Shown here: piece after piece, positions 23,335 to 37,619 of the stretch | How positions within the stretch are numbered: the first letter of the stretch is position 1 | Layout of the letters: each line of letters begins with the position of its first letter | Source of the DNA: Haliotis rubra | Lineage: Eukaryota | Direction of reading: 5' to 3' | DNA length: 64,000 bases | Assembly (NCBI RefSeq): GCF_003918875.1 | Contig: NW_025767174.1 | Location: 310,001-374,000, forward strand | Notes under the pieces: generated by a model | What the model saw: only the letters and a program-made list of their open reading frames with translations | Told to the model about the DNA's origin: nothing | Database searches by the model: none | Translations under genes and position numbers: made by a program

Positions 23335-25290
23335 TGGTGGTTTGCCTGTAGTTCACAATGTCTGCAGTAAAGAAACACTGGATGTTTGGAATCAGTGGCC
23401 TTGTAACTTGATAAGTGAAATTTAAAAGAAAATTACCACATGTTATCAGCTTTCCACATATTATCTTAGGAATGTTACATTATCCTTGAAATTGAATTTC
23501 CATTTCAAATATTTAATGTGTTTGGGAAAAGTGTTATGTCTTGCAGGTATCATGTCAGGTTGCTGGCAAGGTTAGCATTAAATATTATATAGTTTAATAT
23601 TTATTAATATTGTGCATTGACTTTTGCCCCATCCATCCTAGACTAACCAAAAATATCAGGCAGATATAGGGGGTGATGACATGATCAGTTATTTAGCGAA
23701 GTGACTATCATTACATTGTTGACCATCACACCTATTACACTTTAAATGTTTCCTCCGACCATCCTTTTCAAGAATGTTGAGGTCCATATCTTTACCTTTA
23801 GAACATATGGATGTAGAGATCTGTTGATACATCTCTGGTAAAACAAACGTAGATGTAGTTTCATGATGTGTTGTCTTAAATTGATTCTTTCCTGAAATGC
23901 TTGATGTAAGATCTTGAGGTCCCACACATATATTAAGAATTGTTCTTATTTCTGTTGTCAGGGTTGTTTTGAAATGAATTATCAAAACCATTTGAAATAA
24001 AAGTTAAAACAAAAACACAAACCATTAAGTTTTTATGTGTGTCAAATATTCACACATTGTGGGAGTCATGGCTCCCCCAGGTGTCTAAGGTATGTCCTCT
24101 GTGCTGAGTTGTGTCCCTTGGACATGCCAGGAACCTGTGAGAGTGGGTTCGAATCCCTATTCACTTTAATGATACTCCTAGGTTTTTCAGCACCCTGCCT
24201 ATGATTGTGGCTTTCACTAAAGCGGAAAATGTCTTTAGATCCACATCCTATTAAACTTCACTTACCACATGAAGGTGTGGCACCATGATATCACTGATCG
24301 GTAGGGGTGGGGTGCCTAAGACCCGGGTTCGATTCACCACATGGGTTCAATGTGTGAAGCCCATTCTGGTGTCCCCTGCTGTGATATTGCTGGAATATTG
24401 CTAAATTGGCATAAAACAAAACATACTCTCTCACTGATATGCTAAACTTGCTCACTTTTATTGGCTTTACCTGAATTAATAATTTTCCTTTGCTCTTAAG
24501 TATATCATTATAATTTTGTTGTCTAAAGTCAGATCCACAATAATTAGGTTTGATTGTTGATGGTCCAGACTCATATAAGCACGTATTTTACAACATACAA
24601 CAGGAAAAACTGTTACTCTGAAGGCCTCAACATTTATGCATTCTTGTATCAAAGGTATCAAAAATATGATCAGGAGACATATATAAGAAGTGAAAAATCC
24701 ATAAATTTCTTTATACATGTAGAAAGAGTGTTGACAGAGATGGAGAATCTGTGATATGCTTGAGTATTTGAATGAATGGTTATATCAGCTGAATTACTCT
24801 TTGTTGTCCACGTCTATATGATAAAAGTAGAATGAGGAATTCAGAAAAAGTATTCTTAGGTATCCAGTTGTTGGTATTATTCTCTTATTTCTGTTTATGT
24901 TGATTTAGTTTTGTTGCAATTAGGCAATTTTCTGTAGAATCTGATAAAGCAAAATTGTTCTTAGGTATCCAGTAGTTGGTAATATGATCGTTTTTCTGTT
25001 TATCTTGAATTTGTTTTGTTGCAGTTAGGCAATTTTCTGTGGAATATGATACACCAAAGAGTGTGAAATCCTTGTTACTAAGTTTGTGTTTATTAATTAT
25101 TGACTTGGCTTGCTTGTGTCACCTTTCGTTGCCATCTGTTTCTCCATCAGCCGTACATAGTGCACAACGGCCCACGATTTGGTTTATTTTGTCAGTGTTG
25201 TGTGTCACCTGAATCTCTTTGATTTGAACATCGCATATGGATCATGCTTCATTGTCCATCCTTTTTGTGTGTAGTGTTCAAAATTGACAC

Positions 25291-25412
25291 CAGGCTAGCT
25301 ATTCTCGAAACGTTCGTAGACCTACAAACTTCTTAAGCCCATTCTGAACACATTGGCTACAATCAAAATTAAGAATTCCAAGGGCTACGAATGTTTCGAG
25401 AATAAGGGCCCA
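25291..25412. mobile_element. Palindromic MITE
   Basis: Inverted arms tattctcgaaacgttcgtag and ctacgaatgtttcgagaata. Confidence 0.6.
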
Positions 25413-25504
25413 GGGGTCCATGCTACCAGGAAGTTACATGGTCCTGAAATGTATGTCAAATATGCAAGTGTACAGGACGATTGCAGATAGACATTACTGC
25501 ATCA

Positions 25505-25732
25505 CAGGGGTGGATATAACCCATTGCCCGACGTCAGAGTCCAGTGTTTTTTTTCTGTCGGGCAAGCATATTCGTATATAACACTGTACCGGCGTCCAGT
25601 TGACATTCCAATGTTAATTGTGTTAAAATCAACAAGAACACGGCCGGTATAGTGGAAAAATGATCAGGGCAAGCGATTCACGTGCCACTGTACCGGAGTA
25701 CACTGGCAATTATTAAGTTATTTCCACCCCTG
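25505..25732. mobile_element. MITE with CAGGGG ends and 5-bp TSD CATCA
   Basis: TIRs caggggtggatata and tatttccacccctg; catca on both sides. Confidence 0.75.
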
Positions 25733-26668
25733 CATCATTGACACACAGTAATATTCTTTGTACCAAATTCTTGACAAGAAATGTAGAAGGTTCTGTAATC
25801 AAAATAATGTACAAGTCTTACACTGTACAGTAAACCGTTTAATTATTCTGCAGAACCCCATTTTTCGTGCAAGGACAATGGGGAATAATTATTCAGCCTC
25901 CCTCATACTACTGGTGTAGTGAATCAAGTCAAAGGTTGCAGGGTAAAATATAATGGGGTCTCTTGGTTTAAATACTGGTGACACACCTGATCCTATCCCA
26001 ATTGCGTAGATAGATGCTCATGCTGTTGATCACTGGATTGTCTGGTCCAGACTTGATTGTTTACAGACTGCCGCCATGTTGCTGGAATATTGCTGATTGT
26101 GGCTTTATATAAAACCAACCACAATCAAATACTGGTACTTCAAGAGCAAACCTCATTAACCCCAGACTTAGACTTTTAAAGGGGTGCTGGGTTAGCCTAG
26201 TGACTAAAGTGTTCGCTCATCATACGAAGACCTTGGTTTGATTCCCCATAAGGGTACAATGTGTGAAGCCCATTTCTGGTGCCCCGTCATGATATTGCTG
26301 GAATATTGCTAAATCCAGCGTATAACTTCATTCACTCGCTCACTTAGTTTCAAACACTGCTGTTTGTCGTTAGTAAATGTATTGGCATCAGACAAATGTT
26401 TTTCTTCTCTTTGTTTTGGTGATTGCTGGCAGACTATAATATAGCATTGTTAGAGTTCAATCAGCAGTGATTGTATATGAAGAATCCCAGAAACTTCTGA
26501 GCCTTCTTCTTCCACAGAATTGTGATTTACTGCCTCTGTTCTTCCCTGCTGTATATGGTGATGTTCTTTCTAATGGGTGATACGGCAATGCTGGCTTGTG
26601 TAGTTATCATTGTTATCAAGCCAAACTGTTTACAGAATTATTGTAGGCTTTTAATGTATTGTATCAAC

Positions 26669-26933
26669 TAGGGGTGAAACGGTATGCTCTTACCCGATAT
26701 GGTATATATTGCATTACAAGGATTCGGTTTTGTCCGTTTCGTTCCGGTATATGAGATATGATAATAATGCAGAAAAGAAACTCATAGATTTTGATTTGAT
26801 TTCTAGACATTTTAGAAAAGGTTTAAAAAGGTTGATAAAATGACAGTACAAAAACCGAAAATACTGATTTTTTGGATTGCATTATGGTATACCGAACCGA
26901 AGGCAAAATACCACGGTATACCATTTCACCCTA
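26669..26933. mobile_element. hAT-type MITE, 8-bp TSD GTAT(C/T)AAC
   Basis: TIRs taggggtgaaacggtat and ataccatttcacccta; TSD has one mismatch. Confidence 0.7.
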
Positions 26934-28392
26934 GTATTAACAGGACGAGGGACAGTGGGTTAGCCTGGTGGTAAAAGTGTTTGTTCATCACACCTAAAAC
27001 ACAAGTTCAATTCCTACAGGAGTGCAATGTTTAGAAGAAAAATCATTTCCGGTGTCCTGCGCTGTGATATTGGTGAAATAATGCTAAATGCAGTAAAATC
27101 TATACTCACTCAGTCATCAAGTGTAAATTTGTGATCATACATTTGTGAATTGTGACACCCCTGATCTGTATACATGGTATAGGTGAAGCCTGTCTACTTG
27201 CTAGCCCTAACTTTACATTGTTCGTGGACAAAAATCAAAACAGCTTATGGATAATTAGTTCATAATAATTAAACATGAGTGACGAGCAGCGAATCCTTTT
27301 TAAACCTAATGGTCACATTCCTGATGAAATCACCCAAATCAACGAATCTTTGTTATGGAGTAAATGTTCCTTTTATATATTTGTTTGAACAAAGCAGTGG
27401 AGTTTCGGAACTAAGATAGCTTCATTGTACAGACATTTGGAAGCTCGGTATACTTGAAATGAATGTTGGTATGCTGTTGTGTGCCTAGTAGTATGTGTAG
27501 AACTACACCAATCTGTTCAAGCCTCTCCCTTGATTAGGTAGTGGAAAGTATTTTCTTTCAACATCTTTTTTTCATTGGCAAATATACTGTTAGCACATGT
27601 TCATCTACATTTATTGCATTCACGACGTACACACCTATTGCACGTCAACTGTCTTGGATTACCGGTATTACAGGGTCGTAACTTATGGGATAAAGCACTG
27701 CACTTGAATATTCTGTTTGGTGGTATGGCAGCGGTACTCAAAGCAAACTAGTCCAAATTTGAGTCGTAATAATAATAATAAGTGCATTTGTTATGCGCTA
27801 TTTTCCATCCATTGCGGTTGCTCAAAGTGCAGCAATCTGATTATTACTACCCTGGATAACCCAAGCTGCCTGTGAGACGCTAGAAGGTTAATAGTCACGT
27901 GACTCATTTTCTGCTGGGTGAACAGAGGATGCTGGGTACATGTATGCAAAGTAATAGTATGGATAACTTTTATTTATAACACATTCACTACATTTAGGGC
28001 TACTTGCTTCTCCTTTATATATGTATTTTTAAGAAATTGTTATCAATCATATTCCTTGTCTGTGTTTAAAGTTCGTTATGGACAGGTTGTTTTTATAACA
28101 TGACTACACTCTGGAATAAATCATCTAGTCCCTTTAGATTTTTTGCTAGTCTCTGATAAATAGGCTGTTGGTTATATATAATTGAGCAAGTATTGTAAAA
28201 GTTACTAAAGGTTGATCCAATCTGTATGGTTGACCCCCGTGATCATTTTAAGAGTCACTTTTACACATCCATCTTCTTGCATATTGTTATGAAGGACAGT
28301 CATGCTGTGTAGACTGTTACCATAGTTACAGCCTTATTTACCACTCAGGCATTGGTGTTACTAAGGATACAATGAACCCCTTTTTTCATACA

Positions 28393-28557
28393 TATACTCA
28401 TGGAAACAAATAAGGGAACACATGAAAGTACAAGTGTTCCTTTATTCTTTTCCAGGTTTCTTCACAAGGTATGTCTTGCACTGTGAGTGAAATTCTGGAA
28501 ATAAATAAAGGAACACTTGTACTTTCATGTGTTCCCTTATTCGATTCTGTAAGTATA
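28393..28557. mobile_element. Foldback MITE (TA-flanked, Tc1/mariner-type)
   Basis: aataagggaacacatgaaagtacaagtgttcctttatt is perfectly inverted at ~28505-28541; both ends are tata. Confidence 0.7.
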
Positions 28558-29302
28558 TTTAGGGAGCTCCAACAATGAAGCTAAATGATAGATTATCTAG
28601 GCTGTGTTTAGGGATGTTAATCGTGGTCAGCAGGTCAAAAAGATTTTTATGGAGAATAAATACTTTGTGCAGGTTGTTTTTTATTTGTTTTAAAGTTTGA
28701 TAATGATCAAGGAGTTGAGAAAGATAATGATTTATAGCTGGAAGAACTTCTGTTGAAGAAAATTCCATCTGGTTGTCAAAGCAATTTTGTCAAAGCAATC
28801 CACCATTGGTGGTTCAAACTTTGTCATTCTGAGGTTATGTTTTCTGAATTTTTAAGGCTTGCTGATCTGTCAACCAAGCAGAGAAAACCCATTATGTTTT
28901 GTTACATCACATCGCTGCAATAATGAGCTGGTTTAACAAGGAAGTATTACCACTACTTTTGACATCAAGCCTGTTGTGTTCTTTCTTATCAAAGGAGTTC
29001 TTTAATCATGCTGTTAAAGGATATGTAACTTTTAAAAAATATGATTGTATCACTGATCTGAAACATGGTTTTCTTAAGATAGTTGAAAGAGCTTACCTAA
29101 TGGTCCTTGTTGAACAAATGTTAAGTCTGGACAGTTCAAAAAGTTTGCTGTGAAGAGTTACATCCACTGGGCTCACCAGAGACTTGTAAGCATGGGTTAC
29201 AATCCCGTTTTTGCCCAGTATGCCTCTAGGTTTAGTACTGAACCTGTGATGTTGGTTTTTCAAAATGGTTTGTGTCAGAGACCTGATTTACTCAGCTTTC
29301 CA

Positions 29303-29632
29303 AGGGGCGATTGGGTAGCCTAGTGGTTAAAGCGTTCGCTCATCACGCCGAAGGCCTGGATTGGATTTCCCACATGAGTGAATCCCATTTCCGTTGACAC
29401 CCGTCGTGATATTGCTGGAATATTGCTAAAAGCAGTGTTAAACCCAATTCACTCACTCACTTAGCTTTCCAAGGGGCGGTTTGGTATCCTATTGGTTAGA
29501 GTGTTTGCTCATCACACTGAAGGCCCGGGTTGGATTCTCTACATAGGTACAGTGTGTGAAGCCCATTTCTTGTGTCCCATGTCATGATATTGCTGGAATA
29601 TTGCTAAAAGTGGTGTAAAACCATACACACTT
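29303..29632 (+). mobile_element. Tandem pair of SINE family A
   Basis: Two head-to-tail copies, each preceded by agctttccaagggg. Confidence 0.8.
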
Positions 29633-30158
29633 AGGCTTTCCACTGATATAACTGGAATACTGGAAGCAATACTACACCTAATTCACTCGTTCTGGGCAGT
29701 TTAGCACTGACATGAGTTGTTTTGTTTCATGGGAAATACTACACACTACTAGGATATTGTTAAGACCATGAGTAATTAAAACTTTGTCACTTGTATGATG
29801 ACACTACCTCTTGGAGTCACATTTACAATCATGCTTTAGTTGGATTGCTGTAACCAGGCAACATGCTTTGTAAAATGATAGTCGTAGTGTCTGCATGATG
29901 TAGGTTTCGCTGAGAATGTTAAATAGGTAGGAATGGAGGCTTTTGTATATAATGCCTATTTTAATTACGCATCAATATCCTTGTATATACTTGTATATAA
30001 AAATAAAAGTTGAAAGAAAAACATTTGTTGTTTTTATTTGGTTCACTAAATGTGACCAGAGCTAAAAATTTGAAATCTGGACACAGATACTGGTATTTTT
30101 GTTGGGGAGTGTTGGGTTCACTGATTGTTAAGAGCTAGCGACCAAGTGGTTTAGAGTA

Positions 30159-30271
30159 CAGGGCCTAGATTTTCGAAGCTCTCTTAGCGCTAAGATAGTC
30201 GTAAGTGTCATACATTAACATTAACTTACGACTATCTTAGCTCTAAGAGAGCTTAAAAAATCTAAGCCCTG
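30159..30271. mobile_element. Palindromic MITE
   Basis: cagggcctagattttcgaagctctcttagcgctaagatagtcgtaag mirrored by cttacgactatcttagctctaagagagctt..aatctaagccctg. Confidence 0.7.
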
Positions 30272-31589
30272 CAGTCCAGATTCTGACCCTTCAGCATAGT
30301 GCCCAAGACGGTAGGTTGAAAAATTCCCTTAGTGTTTATGACCTGAGTCAATTTAGGCTTTTACTCCCCAGTGTTAAGCTGATGCGCGCCTTGTATGTGA
30401 ATACTGTTTAGAACAGTATGTATAACTTCAGTCACTGACTCCAGGGAAGCAGTAGGGGAAAGTGGCTGTATCGTGGTTTGGACTGCTGTGATACTCCATA
30501 ACACTGCATTTCTTACAAACCTTAGTTCGATGCTCATGCTGTTGATCACTGGATTGTCCGGTCCAGACTCGAGTATTTACAGACCCCTGCCATATAGTTT
30601 GAATATTGTTGAGTGCAGCATTAAACAACAAACAAAAAACAAAACAAACCTTACTATTATGAAGATCTGGTTCAAAATTGGTCTTTCTTTCACCTTTGCT
30701 TGTCGTCAGAGTGACGGGAAAAGTCAGGCTCACTGACTAGGTTTATGAATGTCTTTGTACCCAAGTTGCTCATATCAATGCTCATTTTGTCAACCACTGG
30801 ATTGTCTGATTAAATTTATTGGGATTCATACATATCTTTCGACTCTAAAGACAAGCAAATGCATACTTTTGATGGAAGAACATCATTTTCTAAAATGTTT
30901 GCAAGTTTTGGGTATTAGTTATATACAAAAACAACCAATCTGAATTTAATATCCGATTGGATGAATGGAAACAATCATGGCAACAGTGGTGAACAAACAA
31001 TTCCACATTCATCGTGATGCCGAAAAATATTATGAACCTTTTGATGTATCAAATGTGTTTGCTAGAATTGATTACATTACTGAGTTTGTAAATGATTTTG
31101 TTGATAAACCTTCAGACACTGACTTTGTAAACACCCGTAGATAACATATTAGAGGGTTGCCTAACTCACGTTTTCTTTAGTTGAATAAACAGAACTAATA
31201 TGTGAAAATATGCGCTTGCAAACAGGATCTGAACTGACCCATGTTGGGAATCGAACCCCAGTCTTCAGCAGGACTCACTACCCCACTGCCCATCGGAATT
31301 AGAAAGTTTTCATCAAAGATGGTAAAGAATTCACACACCTTTCAATTGAGTGCGAACCATGTTGAATGAGTACTACCTTGACTACCTTCGAAATAGCATG
31401 CAGAAACAGGGGGAGATTGTGTTGGAGGGTTGACGGGGGGAAAGGATGACATGACATTCATCAAATTCAACAGTTTTATTAAAATTTGTATAGAATATAT
31501 GTGTAAACAAGTATATATGATAACAAGAGATGTTTAAATAATATATATAGCAAAAATGTTTTTTGGAAATAATATATGTGAAACAACAA

Positions 31590-34500
31590 TATTCCATTCA
31601 GATCTAGCTCCTCAGTTTCACATGATTACCACAATAAAGTATTCACTATGTGCAAAATATCAAAATCTGTCTAGAACAATCATCTATATTAAAGCACATC
31701 TCCAATGTAGACAATGTTACATAAAACAATCACAAATATTCAAAGATTCTGTTTTGAGATTTGGAAGGTTTTTTAGCAAGAACAAATCGTAGATAAATAC
31801 ATCATATGCTGATGTACTTGTATATTTCATAGCACAAGATAGGATACCAGAATGTGCCTTTAGTAAAGAGAACTATCCTCAGGGAGCTATGATTAAAAGT
31901 GGATATGCCAGTGGATATAAAGTACAAAATATTCACTGTATGCAAAATATAAAAATAATATCTACAGTGGTCATGTTCAAAGGTACATTAATCACAAAAT
32001 TAACAAAGATTCTGTTTTGTGATTTTTTAAAGTTATTTTTTAAGAAAAAATGGTAGATCAAATACATCATATGCTGATGTACTTGTATATTTCATAGCAC
32101 TAAATAGGATATCATAACATGCCTATATTGTAGCCTTTAGTAAAGAGAACATTCCTTAGGGAGCTATGATTAAAATCAGATTTACCCGTATGTCAGTGGA
32201 TACAAAGTACAATGTACAAAATATTCACTATATGCAAAATATGAAAAACATATCCAGAGTAAACAAGTTCAAAGGTAGATTAATCACAAAATTAACAAAG
32301 ATTCTGTTTTGTGATTTTTAAAGTTTTTTACAAGACAAAATGGTAGATCAAATACATCATATGCTGATGTACTTGTATATTTCATAGCACTAAATAGGAT
32401 ATCATAACATGCCTATATTGTAGCCTTTAGTAAAGAGAACATTCCTTAGGGAGCTATGATTAAAATCAGATTTACCCGTATGTCAGTGGATACAAAGTAC
32501 AATGTACAAAATATTCACTATATGCAAAATATGAAAAACATATCCAGAGTAAACAAGTTCAAAGGTAGATTAATCACAAAATTATCAATGATTCTGTTTT
32601 GTGATTTTTAAAGTTTTTTTGACAAGAACAAATGGTAGATCAAACACATCATATGCTGATGTACTTGTATATTTCATAGCACTAAATAGGATATGAGAAT
32701 GTGCCTAGATTGTAGCCTTTAGTAAAGAGAACATTCCTTAGGGAGCTATGATTAAAATCAGATTTACCCGTATGTCAGTGGATACAAAGTACAAAATATT
32801 CACTGTATGCAAAATATAAAAATAATATCCAGAGTAAACAAGTTCAAAGGTAGATTAATCACAAAATTAACAAAGATTCTATTTTGTTATTTTTAAAGTT
32901 TTTTACAAGACAAAATGGTAGATCAAATACATCATATGCTGATGTACTTGTATATTTCATAGCACTAAATAGGATATCATAACATGCCTATATTGTAGCC
33001 TTTAGTAAAGAGAACATTCCTTAGGAGCTATGATTAAAATCCGATTTACCCGTATGTCAGTGGATACAAAGTACAATGTACAAAATATTCACTATAATGC
33101 AAAATATGAAAAACATATCCAGAGTAAACAAGTTCAAAGGTAGATTAATCACAAAATTATCAAAGATTCTGTTTTGTGATTTTTAAAGTTTTTTACAAGA
33201 CAAAATGGTAGATCAAACACATCATATGCTGATGTACTTGTATATTTCATAGCACTAAATAGGATGTCAGAATGTGCCTAGATTGTAGCCTTTAGTAAAG
33301 AGAACATTCCTTAGGGAGCTATGATTAAAATCAGATTTACCCATATACCAGTGGATATAAAGTACAAAATATTCACTGTATGCAAAATATAAAAATAATA
33401 TCCAGAGTAAACAAGTTCAAAGGTAGATTAATCACAAAATTAACAAAGATTCTGTTTTGTGATTTTTAAAGTTTTTTACAAGACAAAATGGTAGATCAAA
33501 TACATCATATGCTGATGTACTTGTATATTTCATAGCACTAAATAGGATATCATAACATGCCTATATTGTAGCCTTTAGTAAAGAGAACATTCCTTAGGGA
33601 GCTATGATTAAAATCCGATTTACCCGTATGTCAGTGGATACAAAGTACAATGTACAAAATATTCACTATATGCAAAATATGAAAAACATATCCAGAGTAA
33701 ACAAGTTCAAAGGTAGATTAATCACAAAATTATCAAAGATTCTGTTTTGTGATTTTTAAAGTTTTTTACAAGACAAAATGGTAGATCAAACACATCATAT
33801 GCTGATGTACTTGTATATTTCATAGCACTAAATAGGATGTCAGAATGTGCCTAGATTGTAGCCTTTAGTAAAGAGAACATTCCTTAGGGAGCTATGATTA
33901 AAATCAGATTTACCCATATACCAGTGGATATAAAGTACAAAATATTCACTGTATGCAAAATATAAAAATAATATCCAGAGTAAACAAGTTCAAAGGTAGA
34001 TTAATCACAAAATTAACAAAGATTCTGTTTTGTGATTTTTAAAGTTTTTTACAAGACAAAATGGTAGATCAAATACATCATATGCTGATGTACTTGTATA
34101 TTTCATAGCACTAAATAGGATATCATAACATGCCTATATTGTAGCCTTTAGTAAAGTGAACATTCCTTAGGGAGCTATGATTAAAATCCGATTTACCCGT
34201 ATGTCAGTGGATACAAAGTACAATGTACAAAATATTCACTATATGCAAAATATGAAAAACATATCCAGAGTAAACAAGTTCAAAGGTAGATTAATCACAA
34301 AATTATCAATGATTCTGTTTTGTGATTTTTAAAGTTTTTTTGACAAGAACAAATGGTAGATCAAACACATCATATGCTGATGTACTTGTATATTTCATAG
34401 CACTAAATAGGATATGAGAATGTGCCTAGATTGTAGCCTTTAGTAAAGAGAACATTCCTTAGGGAGCTATGATTAAAATCAGATTTACCCGTATGTCAGT

Positions 34501-37360
34501 GGATACAAAGTACAAAATATTCACTGTATGCAAAATATAAAAATAATATCCAGAGTAAACAAGTTCAAAGGTAGATTAATCACAAAATTAACAAAGATTC
34601 TGTTTTGTTATTTTTAAAGTTTTTTACAAGACAAAATGGTAGATCAAATACATCATATGCTGATGTACTTGTATATTTCATAGCACTAAATAGGATATCA
34701 TAACATGCCTATATTGTAGCCTTTAGTAAAGAGAACATTCCTTAGGGAGCTATGATTAAAATCCGATTTACCCATTATGTCAGTGGATACAAAGTACAAT
34801 GTACAAAATATTCACTATATGCAAAATATGAAAAACATATCCAGAGTAAACAAGTTCAAAGGTAGATTAATCACAAAATTATCAAAGATTCTGTTTTGTG
34901 ATTTTTAAAAGTTTTACAAGACAAAATGGTAGATCAAACACATCATATGCTGATGTACTTGTATATTTCATAGCACTAAATAGGATGTCAGAATGTGCCT
35001 AGATTGTAGCCTTTAGTAAAGAGAACATTCCTTAGGGAGCTATGATTAAAATCAGATTTACCCATATACCAGTGGATATAAAGTACAAAATATTCACTGT
35101 ATGCAAAATATAAAAATAATATCCAGAGTAAACAAGTTCAAAGGTAGATTAATCACAAAATTAACAAAGATTCTGTTTTGTGATTTTTAAAGTTTTTACA
35201 AGACAAAATGGTAGATCAAATACTTCATATGCTGATGTACTTGTATATTTCATAGCACTAAATAGGATATCATAACATGCCTATATTGTAGCCTTTAGTA
35301 AAGAGAACATTCCTTAGGGAGCTATGATTAAAATCCGATTTACCCATGTATGTCAGTGGATACAAAGTACAATGTACAAAATATTCACTATATGCAAAAT
35401 ATGAAAAACATATCCAGAGTAAACAAGTTCAAAGGTAGATTAATCACAAAATTATCAAAGATTCTGTTTTGTGATTTTTAAAGTTTTTTACAAGACAAAA
35501 TGGTAGATCAAACACATCATATGCTGATGTACTTGTATATTTCATAGCACTAAATAGGATGTCAGAATGTGCCTAGATTGAAGCCTTTAGTAAAGAGAAC
35601 ATTCCTTAGGGAGCTATGATTAAAATCAGATTTACCCGTATGTCAGTGGATACAAAGTACAATGTACAAAATATTCACTATATACAAAATATGAAAAAAA
35701 TATCCAGAGTAAACAAGTTCAAAGGTAGATTAATCACAAAATTATCAAAGATTCTGTTTTGTGATTTTTAAAGTTTTTTACAAGACAAAATGGTAGATCA
35801 AACACATCATATGCTGATGTACTTGTATATTTCATAGCACTAAATAGGATGTCAGAATGTGCCTAGATTGAAGCCTTTAGTAAAGAGAACATTCCTTAGG
35901 GAGCTATGATTAAAATCAGATTTACCCATATACCAGTGGATATAAAGTACAAAATATTCACTGTATGCAAAATATAAAAATAATATCCAGAGTAAACAAG
36001 TTCAAAGGTAGATTAATCACAAAATTAACAAAGATTCTATTTTGTTATTTTTAAAGTTTTTTACAAGACAAAATGGTAGATCAAATACATCATATGCTGA
36101 TGTACTTGTATATTTCATAGCACTAAATAGGATATCATAACATGCCTATATTGTAGCCTTTAGTAAAGAGAACATTCCTTAGGGAGCTATGATTAAAATC
36201 CGATTTACCCGTATGTCAGTGGATACAAAGTACAATGTACAAAATATTCACTATATGCAAAATATGAAAAACATATCCAGAGTAAACAAGTTCAAAGGTA
36301 GATTAATCACAAAATTATCAAAGATTCTGTTTTGTGATTTTTAAAGTTTTTTACAAGACAAAATGGTAGATCAAACACATCATATGCTGATGTACTTGTA
36401 TATTTCATAGCACTAAATAGGATGTCAGAATGTGCCTAGATTGAAGCCTTTAGTAAAGAGAACATTCCTTAGGGAGCTATGATTAAAATCAGATTTACCC
36501 ATATACCAGTGGATATAAAGTACAAAATATTCACTGTATGCAAAATATAAAAATAATATCTAGAGTAATCAAGTTCAAAGGTAGATTAATCACAAAATTA
36601 ACAAAGATTCTGTTTTGTGATTTTTAAAGTTTGAACAAGACAAAATGGTAGATCAAACACATCATATGCTGATGTACTTGTATATTTCATAGCACGAAAT
36701 AGGATATCAGAATGTGCCTAGATTGTAGCCTTTAGTAAAGAGAACATTCCTTAGGGAGCTATGATTAAAATCAGGATTAACCCCTATACCAGTGGATATA
36801 AAGTACAAAATATTCACTGTGTGCAAAATATGAAATATTATCTAGAGTAATCACGTTCAATGGTAGAACAATCACAAATTATCAAAGATTCTGTTTTGTG
36901 ATTTTGAAAGGTTTTTTGACAAGAACAAATGGTAGATCATATACATCATATACTGATGTACTTGTATATTTCATAGCACTGAACAGGATTTCAGAATGTG
37001 CCTTTAGTAAAGAGAACATTCCTAAGGGAGGTACAATTAAAATCAGATTTACCCGTATTCCAGTGGATACAAAGTACAAAGTAGCCACAGTATGCAAAAT
37101 GTATAAAATGTCTAGAGTAATCACATTCATCTAAATTGAACACACCACCAGTGTAAACAATGATAAGACAATCAAACAATACCAAAGATTCTGTTTTGAC
37201 ATTTTGACAGTATTCTTAAAAGAAACATTTTGAAGTTGAACAAATACATCCTATGTTGATGCACTTGTCATAGCAGTAAACAGGAGATCATAATGTGCCT
37301 TGCATGAACCTTCAGTATACAGAACATTCCTAATGGAGCAATGATTAAAATCAGATTTTC
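31590..37360. repeat. AT-rich satellite array, ~283-292 bp monomer, ~20 copies, dimeric higher-order repeat
   Basis: The motif tggtagatcaaa.acatcatatgctgatg recurs at 32051, 32341, 32633, 32916, 33206, 33489, 33779, 34062 and onward. Edge copies are degenerate. Confidence 0.97.
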
Positions 37361-37619
37361 AAGGAGAAGTGTATAAGGTCAACACTATTTTTGAACACGT
37401 ATGTTTGCAATGAGCATGTATGAAAACAGGGTTGAAGTATTGGTTTTACATTTTAAATTTGTACAATTTAAACAGGAATCAAACTTTACCAGCCAATACT
37501 AAGACTATGTATCTTGCCAGAATATGTCATCAGCCTTCGTTGTGACTCGAAAATACTGTGTCTGATTTGTAAATAGTTGCCAAACTGGACCTCTGGGCCC
37601 GATTTGCAACGGCCATTGT

